From Bacilli bacterium (lineage in GTDB: Bacteria > Bacillota_I > Bacilli_A > RF39 > UBA660), in the NCBI GenBank assembly GCA_017541885.1, contig JAFXYF010000011.1:85007-149006 (forward strand): a DNA stretch of 64,000 nucleotides. The letters are read 5' to 3'. The translations under genes and the position numbers were made by a program. Of this stretch, positions 42,266 through 51,746 are shown one piece after another. Each line of letters opens with the position of its first letter. The first letter of the stretch is position 1. The notes below the pieces were generated by a model. The model saw only the letters and a list, made by a program, of their open reading frames with translations. It did no database searches and was not told the DNA's origin.

Positions 42266-43891
42266 ATGAAAAGAAAAAAGAAAGATTTTAAGAAACACGG
42301 TTTATTAAAAAGTATAATTATTTCACTTTTATTCGCAGGTATTTATTACTATATTTCTTATCCTGCATTAGATATTCATAATCTAGGTTTATGGATGTAT
42401 ATTATTTCAGTACTAGTAGTATTTTTAATATGTCAAACAGTATTCCATACAGGATTAGTAATAGAAGATTTACAAACAGGAAAAATATCAGTACAAAATC
42501 ATAAGATAATGAAATTATGGTTAGCAGTACCAGCAATTATAATTATTTTAGTTTTAGTCGCAATACTTAACTCTGCAATGTTAAATGCCAAAAAGTATTA
42601 TAAGAGAATTGAAATAGATACAACTAAAACATTCCAAGAAGATCTACCAGAAGTAGACTTTAATAAATTACCATTACTAGATAAAAAATCATCATCTAAA
42701 TTAGGAGATCGTGTAATGGGTGGTATGAGTGAATTAGTATCACAGTATGATGTATCAGATGAGTACACTCAAATCAATTATAACGACGAAATTATAAGAG
42801 TTACACCTCTAGAATATAATGGAACAATAAAATGGTTTACAAACCGTGATAAAGGTATTACAGGCTATATTACAGTTAATTCTACAACAGGTAAAGCAAA
42901 ACTAATTAAATTAGATAAAGGATTAAAATATGCACCTTCAGCATTATTTAATGAAAACCTATATCGTAAATTACAATTTAGTTATCCAACTAAAAACTTT
43001 GATGCAATTAACTTTGAAATAGATAATTCTGGTAATCCATATTGGGTTGCAAGTGTAGTTAAATATCATGGAATTAATCAAAGAAGAGAAGTAACTGGAG
43101 TAGTAATATTTAATCCAATTAATGGAGAATCAAAATATTATAAATTAAAAGATGTACCTTCATGGGTAGATCATGTATATGAAGCAGAATTAATTCTAGA
43201 ACAAGTAAATGACTGGGGAGCATATAAAAATGGATATTTAAACTCAGTATTTACTCAAAGAGATGTAGTCGCAACTACTACAGGATATAACTATCTAGCA
43301 TTTAATGATGATGTATATCTATATACTGGTATTACATCAGTTTTAGCAGATGAATCAAATATTGGATTTATTCTTACAAATATGAGAACTAAAGAAACAA
43401 ACTTCTATAGTGTTGCTGGAGCAGAAGAGTACTCTGCAATGGACTCTGCAAAAGGTCAAGTACAACAAATGAAGTATACATCAACATTCCCATTATTAAT
43501 TAATTTAAATGGACAGCCAACATATTTAATAAGTCTAAAAGATAATGCTGGACTAGTTAAAATGTATGCCTTTGTAGATGTAGTAGACTATCAAAAAGTA
43601 GTAGTAACTGATGCCTCTAAAGGAATAGAAGCAGCAGCTGATGCTTATTTAACTCAAATGGGAGAAGAATCAGGAACAAGTAAAAATACTAAGACAATTA
43701 ATGTTTATGGTATCAAAGAAGTAATAATTGATGGTAATACAGTTTACTATTTCACAGATCAAAATAATCAAAAATATAAAGTATCAATTAAAGTAAATAA
43801 AAACAGATTACCATTCTTAAAAGAAGGAGAACAAGTAGAAATCGAATATAATAAAGAACAAGAAGTAATTAATATTACAGAACTTAAATAA
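42266..43891 (+). CDS. Conserved Firmicutes membrane protein with large extracellular domain
   Basis: Three N-terminal TMs; LGDR, RVTPLEY, FEID..G.PYW, YTGITS...DESN.GF and AEEYSAM.SA.G.VQ. Confidence 0.75.
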   Translation: MKRKKKDFKKHGLLKSIIISLLFAGIYYYISYPALDIHNLGLWMYIISVLVVFLICQTVFHTGLVIEDLQTGKISVQNHKIMKLWLAVPAIIIILVLVAILNSAMLNAKKYYKRIEIDTTKTFQEDLPEVDFNKLPLLDKKSSSKLGDRVMGGMSELVSQYDVSDEYTQINYNDEIIRVTPLEYNGTIKWFTNRDKGITGYITVNSTTGKAKLIKLDKGLKYAPSALFNENLYRKLQFSYPTKNFDAINFEIDNSGNPYWVASVVKYHGINQRREVTGVVIFNPINGESKYYKLKDVPSWVDHVYEAELILEQVNDWGAYKNGYLNSVFTQRDVVATTTGYNYLAFNDDVYLYTGITSVLADESNIGFILTNMRTKETNFYSVAGAEEYSAMDSAKGQVQQMKYTSTFPLLINLNGQPTYLISLKDNAGLVKMYAFVDVVDYQKVVVTDASKGIEAAADAYLTQMGEESGTSKNTKTINVYGIKEVIIDGNTVYYFTDQNNQKYKVSIKVNKNRLPFLKEGEQVEIEYNKEQEVINITELK

Positions 43892-43914
43892 CATGTAGGT
43901 TTGGGGTGAAGTAG

Positions 43915-45414
43915 ATGAAAAAGAAAATAGTATGTTACTATCCATTTTTAGGTACAGAATTAAATGATAGTATGTTTAAAAATACTGCATCATGGGAATA
44001 CTATTTAAAATGTTTATTAGAAAAAGATGATATAGAAATTCATACATATGACAGAGTAGATTTAGATAATGTAGATTATGTTTTATTCTTTGATAATATC
44101 TTTTATCAAAATCTAGATATAATGTGGAAGTTATATAATAAAAAGCTTCTAGAAAAAAGTGTCTATATAAATTATGAGCCAGTAACAGGTCATGCTAAAA
44201 ATCATGATGCCAAAGGTATGGAAAATCTTGCTAATATATTTAGTAAAATAATTACATTTGATGATGATATAGTAGATAACAAAAAGTTTATTAAAGGAAA
44301 TATTGCAAACTTCTATAGTAAAGAAAAAGAATATAAACATGATTTTAAAGATAGAAGACTAATCACAATGATTTCTAATAATACAACTAAAGATAGTGTA
44401 ATAAAACTATTAAATTATTATAATTACACAAAATATTTTAATAGATCAAATATTAAAGAAGATGAACATTCAATCTACCTAGAAAGAGTAAAAGTAGCAA
44501 ATTATTTCTTAAAAAAGCATAAAGATGATTTTGATTTATATGGTGGTTTATGGAGTAAAAAATATAATAAGATTCATAAAGGCTATGTAGAAAGAGAAGA
44601 GAAATTAGATATTCTAAGTAAATATAAATTTGCTTTTAGTTACGATTCATATACAAATCAAAATGGATATATCTCAGAAAAAATATTTGACTGTTTTAAA
44701 GCAAAAACAGTTCCAATCTATTTAGGTGCAGATAATGTAACAGATTATATTCCAAAAGAATGCTTTATTGATAAAAGAGACTTTAAAACATACGATGATT
44801 TATATAATTATTTAGTAAATATGGATGAAAAAACATATGAACATTATATAAAGAATATTGAAAAGTTTTTAAATTCAAGTAAATATAAAGAATACTTTTC
44901 AAGTGAACAATCAGCAAAAAGAATAAAAACAGCTTTAATGACAAGTAATAAAATTAATTATTTAAAAGCTTATAATAGTTTAATGTATTTTGAAAATAGA
45001 AGAAGAAAAGTACATAAGAAAAAAATAATGTATTATACATTAAGACATATTTATCATAAAGAACATAAAATAGAAGTTAATTTTAAAGTAAGAAGAGGAT
45101 CTAATATTAGAATAGAATCAAATGGTCTTGTAGAACCAAAAGATATAAGATTAGATTATACAGATAGTTTTAGTGTTAAATTTGATTACTCAGTAAAAGA
45201 CTTCTTTATAAAAGTTTATAATATAAATGCAGATGAATATTTTAACTTTATAAGTATGAATGAAGAAAACGATAGAGAATTTGGTCTATTACCAAAAACA
45301 AGTAAAACATTAATTTACTATAACTATTCAGAAGCAAAAGGTATTAAAAAGTTACTTTATGTATTATTACATAACAAAAGAACTTTATTAAAAAGAATAA
45401 AAAGACAATTGTAA
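43915..45414 (+). CDS. Glycosyltransferase family 10 (alpha-1,3-fucosyltransferase-like)
   Basis: YKF...........GYISEKIFD.....TVPIYLGA, the GT10 signature. Confidence 0.85.
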   Translation: MKKKIVCYYPFLGTELNDSMFKNTASWEYYLKCLLEKDDIEIHTYDRVDLDNVDYVLFFDNIFYQNLDIMWKLYNKKLLEKSVYINYEPVTGHAKNHDAKGMENLANIFSKIITFDDDIVDNKKFIKGNIANFYSKEKEYKHDFKDRRLITMISNNTTKDSVIKLLNYYNYTKYFNRSNIKEDEHSIYLERVKVANYFLKKHKDDFDLYGGLWSKKYNKIHKGYVEREEKLDILSKYKFAFSYDSYTNQNGYISEKIFDCFKAKTVPIYLGADNVTDYIPKECFIDKRDFKTYDDLYNYLVNMDEKTYEHYIKNIEKFLNSSKYKEYFSSEQSAKRIKTALMTSNKINYLKAYNSLMYFENRRRKVHKKKIMYYTLRHIYHKEHKIEVNFKVRRGSNIRIESNGLVEPKDIRLDYTDSFSVKFDYSVKDFFIKVYNINADEYFNFISMNEENDREFGLLPKTSKTLIYYNYSEAKGIKKLLYVLLHNKRTLLKRIKRQL

Positions 45415-45427
45415 TAAGGAGGATTAT

Positions 45428-46309
45428 ATGTCAAAAGTTTTTTTCACAAAAGATATTACACCTGAAAGCTTAATCAAAATCTATGAAGCATTAGGAGTAG
45501 AATTAACTGGAAAAGTAGGAGTAAAAGTATCTACCGGAGAAAAAGGAGCAAAAGGATATTTAAAAGCTGATTTAATTGCTCCGTTAGTAAAAAAACTAAA
45601 TGGTACTATTATTGAATGTAATACTGCATATCCAGGTGCAAGAAACACTAAAGAAGATCATTTAAAAGTAGCAGAAGAACATGGATTTACTTCATTTGCT
45701 GATGTAGACATTATGGATGGAGATGGAGAATTTAAAATACCAGTACATAATGGAAAACATCTAAAATATGATATAGTTGGAGAAAACTTTAAAAACTATG
45801 ATTCTATATTAAATTTAGCTCATGGAAAAGGTCATGCAATGGGAGGCTTTGGAGCAAACTTAAAAAATCAATCAATTGGTATCGCTTCACGTAATGGAAA
45901 AGCATATATTCACAGTTGTGGTCAAACAGAAGATCCAGATCTATGCTGGAGTGCTAAGTATGAACAAGAAGACTTTATTGAATCAATGGCAGAAGCTGCT
46001 ACTGCAGTTGCAGACTACCTAAAAGAAAACAATAAGCCAATTGTTTATATTACAGTTGCTAATGCTATCTCAGTAGATTGTGATTGCGATGCTCATCAAG
46101 GAGATCCAGTAATTGGAGACATTGGAATATTTGGAAGCTTAGATCCAGTTGCAAATGATCAAGCATTTATTGATGCTATTTGGGCAACTCATGAAGAAGG
46201 AACAAAAGATATTGAAGAGAGAATCGATACAAGATGTGGAAGACATATTACAGAATATGCTGAATCTTTAGGATTAGGCTCAAAAGAATACGAATTAATA
46301 GAAATCTAA
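45428..46309 (+). CDS. DUF362 family (Fe-S) protein
   Basis: VK...GE.G, ECNT.Y...R, H.KGH.MGGFG..LKN..IG, DCDC and S.DPVA.DQA. Confidence 0.85.
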   Translation: MSKVFFTKDITPESLIKIYEALGVELTGKVGVKVSTGEKGAKGYLKADLIAPLVKKLNGTIIECNTAYPGARNTKEDHLKVAEEHGFTSFADVDIMDGDGEFKIPVHNGKHLKYDIVGENFKNYDSILNLAHGKGHAMGGFGANLKNQSIGIASRNGKAYIHSCGQTEDPDLCWSAKYEQEDFIESMAEAATAVADYLKENNKPIVYITVANAISVDCDCDAHQGDPVIGDIGIFGSLDPVANDQAFIDAIWATHEEGTKDIEERIDTRCGRHITEYAESLGLGSKEYELIEI

Positions 46310-46369
46310 AAAAATAAAAAAAGGAATGAAATTCATTCTTTTTTTTGTTATACTGATTATGGTGATAAT

Positions 46370-46897
46370 ATGGAAAAGAGACTAACAAAAAAAGAAATAG
46401 TTAAAATGCTATTAAAGAACAATGAATTAGAAGCACAAGATGAAGAAGAATTATTAGATTTATTAGTAGATCAACCAATTAGTATTGATGTAGATAAACA
46501 AGAAGAAGCAAAGATGACTAATGGAGATCGTCTAGCAGATAAACTAAGTGAAATTGCCGGATCATGGGAATTCATTATTTGCTTTTCTGGATTTTTAATT
46601 CTTTGGGTTGTTATTAATTCATATGTATTAACAAATGGTTCAGAAGTAGATCCATATCCATTTATCTTACTTAATTTAGTATTATCTTGTATTGCTGCAC
46701 TACAAGCACCAGTAATTATGATGAGTCAAAATAGACAAGCAGCTAAAGACAGTTTAAGAAACCAAAATGATTATCGTACAGATTTGAAAAGTGAACTTAT
46801 ACTAGAAGATCTTCATCATAAAATGGAAGAAATCTTAAAGAATCAAAGAAAAATATTAAGAATAATTGATTCCGACGAAGAAGAAGATAAAAAATAG
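46370..46897 (+). CDS. DUF1003 membrane protein
   Basis: GSW.FI and DPYPFILLNL.LS..AA.QAP.IMMSQNRQ. Confidence 0.92.
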   Translation: MEKRLTKKEIVKMLLKNNELEAQDEEELLDLLVDQPISIDVDKQEEAKMTNGDRLADKLSEIAGSWEFIICFSGFLILWVVINSYVLTNGSEVDPYPFILLNLVLSCIAALQAPVIMMSQNRQAAKDSLRNQNDYRTDLKSELILEDLHHKMEEILKNQRKILRIIDSDEEEDKK

Positions 46898-46908
46898 TAG
46901 GTGTATTT

Positions 46909-47688
46909 ATGTCTAAGCCATTATATGAAAAGTTTATGGAAGAAAAGAATACTCCTCTAACAAAAAGATTTATAGAAGATAGTTTCAATATTATGATAAG
47001 AGAAGAACCTGAATTAGAACCTTTTATAAATGATTTTAGAGTGGTTAGGGCGAGTGAAAAGAATCTTGGAACATATTCAAATGAAAATAGAGTAATTAGA
47101 ATAAATCAAAAAAATATTGAAAGACAAGGTGGCAATGAACAATTAAATGCTCTAGAAGTAATAAGACATGAAATGGAACATGCCAGAGCCCTAAAAAAGT
47201 TTTATGAAGGAAGAGATGATATAGAATCTCTAATAATAAATTACTCTCTAAGAGATTATGCAATGATGATGGGAATGGATAGATTTCCAAATCTAGATAA
47301 TCTTAGTTGGCCTTATTTAAAGTTTAATAAGAAATAAAACTATGAAATTGATCCAGGAGAAAGATTAGCCGAAATAAAAGCTTGGAAGTATATGGTAAAC
47401 TTTTTAAAGAATCAAAGAAAAACAGATGATTTATTAACCGCAAGATCTAATTTATATTATGCATATATTAGAGGATACTTAAATAATAGATATTATTTAG
47501 ATGCTCCAACATATGAATTTTTAAGAAAAACAGGAATGTATCATAATTATCATTGGTTAAAGAATAGGGTAGATAAAAAAGATTATTCATTTGAAACAAG
47601 AATAACTTATGGTCTTCCAATTACATATCAAGAACATGAAGAAAAAGTTCTAAAAAAAGTATTATTAAAAAAACGTGAAAGAGAATAA
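46909..47688 (+). pseudogene. Zincin-like (HEXXH) protein interrupted by an in-frame TAA
   Basis: ORFs 46909-47337 and 47392-47688 are in the same frame. Reading through TAA (47335-47337) gives HEMEH...NYEIDPGERLAE. Confidence 0.7.
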
Positions 47689-47742
47689 TTTTCTCTTTTT
47701 TTGTTTTAAAAAATGTTGTATGATTAATGAGAAGGTGAAAAA

Positions 47743-49203
47743 ATGGAAATAGGTTTTGATAATAAAAAATATGTAAAAATTCAAAGTGAAAAAATTAAAG
47801 AAAGATTCACATTATTTGATAAGTTATATCTAGAAGTAGGAGGTAAATTGTTTGATGACTCTCATGCCGCAAGAATTCTTCCAGGCTTTAAAAACGATGT
47901 AAAAATATCAATGTTTAAAGAATTAAAAAAAGATCTAGAAATAATCTTTTGTATTAATGCCGGAGATATTGAAAAAAATAAAACAAGAGGAGAATATGGC
48001 ATTACTTATGATCAAGAAATATTAAAGTTAATTAATAATTCTAAGAAAATGGGATTTTCTGTAAATAGTGTCGTAGTGACTCTCTATAAGAACCAAGTAA
48101 GTGTCGATAAATTTATTAAGAAACTTAATCGTAATGGCATTAAAACCTATATTCATACATTCACTAAAGGGTATCCAACAGATGTAGATACAATCGTTTC
48201 AGAAGAAGGCTATGGAGCAAATCCATACATTGAAACAACTAAAAAATTAATATTAGTAAATGCTCCAGGACCAGGCTCTGGTAAACTAGCAACTTGTCTA
48301 TCTCAAATCTATCATGAAAATAAAAGAGGAGTTAATGCTGGTTATGCTAAATTTGAAACATTCCCAGTATGGAACTTACCTCTAAAACATCCAGTAAACT
48401 TAGCTTATGAAGCTGCAACAGCAGATTTAAAAGATGTAAATATGATTGATCCATTCCATTTAGAAAAATATGGAACAATTGCAGTTAACTATAATAGAGA
48501 TGTAGAAACATTCCCAATTCTAAAAAATATTTTAAGTAAAGTATCTAAAAAAGATATTTATAATTCACCAACAGATATGGGAGTAAATATGGTAGGTTTC
48601 TGTATTACAAATGAAAGTGTAGTAGAAGAAGCATCTAAAAAAGAAATAGTAAGAAGATACTATAATGAATTAAATAATTATAAAATGGGTCTTTGTGATG
48701 AAGATACATATAAAAAGATTAAATTATTAATGAATGAATTAAAGATAGATGAAAACTATCTTGATGTTATAAAACCTGCTTTAGAAAAGAAAGAAAAAGA
48801 AAATGGATTACCAGTAATTGCAATCGATACAGGAAATAGAATTATTACTGGAAAACAAACTGATTTAATGACCCCAGCAGGTACTGCAGTATTAAATGCT
48901 CTAAAGCATATAAGTAGAATTCCAGATATCTATTTATTATCTCCAACAGTTCTAGAACCAATTCTAAAATTAAAGAAAGATATGGGTAATAATGAAAGAT
49001 TAACTTTATCAGAAGTATTAACTGCTTTAAGTATTTGTTCAGTAACAAACCCAGTAGCTTATAAAGCATTAAAGAATATTAAAAAGCTTCAAGGATTAGA
49101 AGCTCATTCAACATATATAGTAACAGGTAGTGATAGAAAAACATTAAAAGAATTAAAGATAAATCTTACTTGTGAAAATGACTTTTTAGAAGAGAATTTA
49201 TAA
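47743..49203 (+). CDS. DUF1846/UPF0371 family protein
   Basis: GFDN.KY..IQS..I.ER, KLYLE.GGKLFDD.HAAR.LPGF, APGPGSGK.ATC and YAKFETFP.WN.PL.HPVN.AYEAAT. Confidence 0.92.
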   Translation: MEIGFDNKKYVKIQSEKIKERFTLFDKLYLEVGGKLFDDSHAARILPGFKNDVKISMFKELKKDLEIIFCINAGDIEKNKTRGEYGITYDQEILKLINNSKKMGFSVNSVVVTLYKNQVSVDKFIKKLNRNGIKTYIHTFTKGYPTDVDTIVSEEGYGANPYIETTKKLILVNAPGPGSGKLATCLSQIYHENKRGVNAGYAKFETFPVWNLPLKHPVNLAYEAATADLKDVNMIDPFHLEKYGTIAVNYNRDVETFPILKNILSKVSKKDIYNSPTDMGVNMVGFCITNESVVEEASKKEIVRRYYNELNNYKMGLCDEDTYKKIKLLMNELKIDENYLDVIKPALEKKEKENGLPVIAIDTGNRIITGKQTDLMTPAGTAVLNALKHISRIPDIYLLSPTVLEPILKLKKDMGNNERLTLSEVLTALSICSVTNPVAYKALKNIKKLQGLEAHSTYIVTGSDRKTLKELKINLTCENDFLEENL

Positions 49204-49262
49204 TTCTCTTTTTTTATTTATAGTAATGTGTTATAATATTGCTTTCCAAAAGAGGGGATACT

Positions 49263-49688
49263 ATGTATAAAATAAGAATAGTTTGTAATGACTCTGATTT
49301 AGATGAAGTAGAACAAATTAGAAAAGAAGCATTTCATCTAAAAGAAAATGCCATTAATACTTTTAAAAAACATATTGAAAATGGTAAGATGATTGCGTTT
49401 TCTCTAGAAACAGAAGACGAAAAAATAGGTGGATGTTATCTAGGAGAATACAATAATACTTTATATGTCTATTATTTGTTTTTAAAAGAGTCATATCAAA
49501 GAAGTGGTAAAGGAATAGGTAGAAGATTCTTACTAGAAATATTTAATCATAAGAAAGCAATAGAACTAATATTAAAACATAATTATGAGTATTCATCTCT
49601 TCATCCAACATGTACTAAACTAACTGAAATGTATAAAGAAATAGGCTATCAAGAACAAACTAAAGGATACTATGTAAAAAGAATATAA
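49263..49688 (+). CDS. GNAT family acetyltransferase
   Basis: LFL..SYQRSGKGIG (motif A) and MYK.IGY. Confidence 0.7.
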   Translation: MYKIRIVCNDSDLDEVEQIRKEAFHLKENAINTFKKHIENGKMIAFSLETEDEKIGGCYLGEYNNTLYVYYLFLKESYQRSGKGIGRRFLLEIFNHKKAIELILKHNYEYSSLHPTCTKLTEMYKEIGYQEQTKGYYVKRI

Positions 49689-49699
49689 AAAAAGAGCTA

Positions 49700-49975
49700 T
49701 TATTTAGCTCTTTTATTTTCTCTAACTGACTCTGTATAAGCATTAACTGTATCTAATGCATTATCATAAGCAGGTACTACTTCATATCTACCATTATCTG
49801 CATCCCAAACTCTTCTCCAACATTCAAATAGATCTTTTGTTTCGTTCTTTATAATAAATACTTCAGGTTCAGTTTGACCATTTTTAAATATATTTGTAAG
49901 TAGTTGAGTTTTTTCATCAGTATCTAATTCTGCATTTAATATAGCAGTTAATAAGTCTTCTATAGTAAATCCCAT
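49700..49975 (-). CDS. Hypothetical protein
   Basis: GGAGG RBS before ATG at 49975; normal amino-acid composition. Confidence 0.6.
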   Translation of the reverse strand: MGFTIEDLLTAILNAELDTDEKTQLLTNIFKNGQTEPEVFIIKNETKDLFECWRRVWDADNGRYEVVPAYDNALDTVNAYTESVRENKRAK

Positions 49976-50146
49976 ATATTTACCTCCCATCGACACATTA
50001 TTATATAAATTTTTTATAATTTGTCAATTAATATTTACACATAGTAAAAAATATAACTTTGTTGATATATAAAGGGAAAATAGTGTAAGATTATACATTT
50101 ACAAATTTCACTTTACAGCACCACTCGACAAATTTTTAAAAAACTA

Positions 50147-50174
50147 TTGCATTTTTATAAATGTGTAGTATACT
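50147..50174 (+). promoter_or_regulatory. Sigma-A-type promoter with no downstream ORF
   Basis: TTGCAT (50147-50152), 16-nt spacer, TATACT (50169-50174); A/T-tract UP-like element upstream. Confidence 0.6.
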
Positions 50175-50179
50175 TAAAT

Positions 50180-50888
50180 TACTATTAAAGATACAAGTAT
50201 ATTTATCGAATACCTGTAATCAATAATAGTATAGGTAATATTATAAAAAATAAAAAAACATAATATTATCTAACCCGATAATATTTCAATAAAAGGAATA
50301 TTATCACACATAGGTTACACTTATTAATATATATAAGTATGTTAACAGCTATATTTTATAATTTTATGTACTAACATAAATTATTAAATATAGAAATATT
50401 ATTATATTAACAAATAACTATTATATTAATAAAAATAACTATTATATTTAACAAACTATTATATTAAAAACAAAATTATTATTAAAAAAACAAATTATTA
50501 TTAAATATCAAATTATTATATAAAATAATGTATTATGGTAACATAATAAATAAAAATATAATAAAAAATAATAATTTAAAAAAATAATAATTCAAATATA
50601 ATAACTACAAATATAATAATTATCTAATATAATAATTACCCAATATAATAATAAAGTACATAATTAATAATCTATTAACTATAGATAAAGTTATTTATGA
50701 TATAGTAATACCTGTATATATTATCTCATTCACCTTCTATTATCATTACAGCAAACAGTAAAGTAAATGAGAGTAAGAAAGTCAAAACTTATTTAAGTGG
50801 ATATATTAATAATTTATCGATGCATAGATATTTTATTAATGGTCGTTTGCAGAAAGAAATTAATTTGACAGATTAATTTCTTTTCTTT
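50180..50888 (+). ncRNA. Candidate large structured non-coding RNA (~700 nt), family unassigned
   Basis: No ORF of 60 aa or more. Serial hairpins, an 8-stem nested ladder (50397-50653) and two possible pseudoknots, bounded by a promoter and a terminator-like hairpin. Confidence 0.6.
50851..50888 (+). terminator. Terminator-like hairpin ending the candidate ncRNA
   Basis: agaaattaat-ttgacag-attaatttct followed by tttcttt. A second, weaker terminator lies at 50930-50955. Confidence 0.55.
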
Positions 50889-50973
50889 ATGAGTAGTTCG
50901 ATTTATTAGAATTTACTTTTTAAAACAGGAAAGAGACTTAACGGCCTCTTTTTTTGTATAAGAAAAAGAGATC

Positions 50974-51627
50974 TTAGATCTCTTTTGAATTCTTATATAT
51001 TGTAATTGTTAAAGCTATTAGGAATAATAATATATCTATATTTCTTAAGAAATATAAAGTTTCAGAGAATACCACTCTAATATTTAAATAAATCATTATA
51101 CTTCCAATATGCATACCCATCATTGATAAAGCAATAAATCCAATCGCAACAAATGCAAGAATAGTAAATATTTTATATGGGAAATGTTTCTTTATTGTTA
51201 ATCCTAAAATACTTAATCCTACCCATACATGGAATAATAAAGTTGTAATGTCTTGCATTAGATAACTTATTTCTTGAATAAGATAAGCAGGATAACTAAA
51301 CATATGCTCTGCAGTCTTAGACATAAACATTATTTGTGATACAAGATCTTTAACATTTAAAATAAGCAATAATACAATTGCAATTAATGAAAGTATATTT
51401 GTAATAGTAGTAGTTCTATATTTTGTCATACTAACAATTAAGAATACAATTATAATTCCATCTAATACTAAAGTAGATAAGAATCTAAATATCATATCTG
51501 GAATATTATCAACAAAATAGTTACCAACAGAGAAGTTATAAATAAGAATTATTAAATATAATAAAATATATAACGCAAAACCAACGATTCCTAATATAGG
51601 GAATAACTTATTTCCTTTCTTTTTCAT
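50974..51627 (-). CDS. Multi-pass membrane hypothetical protein
   Basis: About 6 TM segments; AAAGGAG RBS. Confidence 0.7.
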   Translation of the reverse strand: MKKKGNKLFPILGIVGFALYILLYLIILIYNFSVGNYFVDNIPDMIFRFLSTLVLDGIIIVFLIVSMTKYRTTTITNILSLIAIVLLLILNVKDLVSQIMFMSKTAEHMFSYPAYLIQEISYLMQDITTLLFHVWVGLSILGLTIKKHFPYKIFTILAFVAIGFIALSMMGMHIGSIMIYLNIRVVFSETLYFLRNIDILLFLIALTITIYKNSKEI

Positions 51628-51746
51628 TATTATTCTCCTTTCTTATTATTAATTATACTACTATATTAAAAAATCTTATAGATAAAAATAAAATGTTCGA
51701 TTGATTTTTATTTCGATAAAGATTAATATGATTCTAGGTGATGAAT

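Noticed and set aside
50397-50653. CRISPR array or plasmid iterons
   Set aside because: Repeat units are only 8-12 nt with 4-12-nt A-rich spacers and switch orientation at the centre. No cas or rep gene is nearby.
49997-50973. Chromosomal replication origin
   Set aside because: No cluster of DnaA boxes (TTATCCACA) was seen and dnaA/dnaN are not adjacent. Promoter, terminator and G-U-containing stems fit an RNA better.
50770-50990. RNase P RNA (AAGAAAGTC) or group I intron core (AGAGACT)
   Set aside because: Only isolated short matches. The partner conserved elements (RNase P 3' P4 strand, group I S element) were not found, and no host gene is interrupted.
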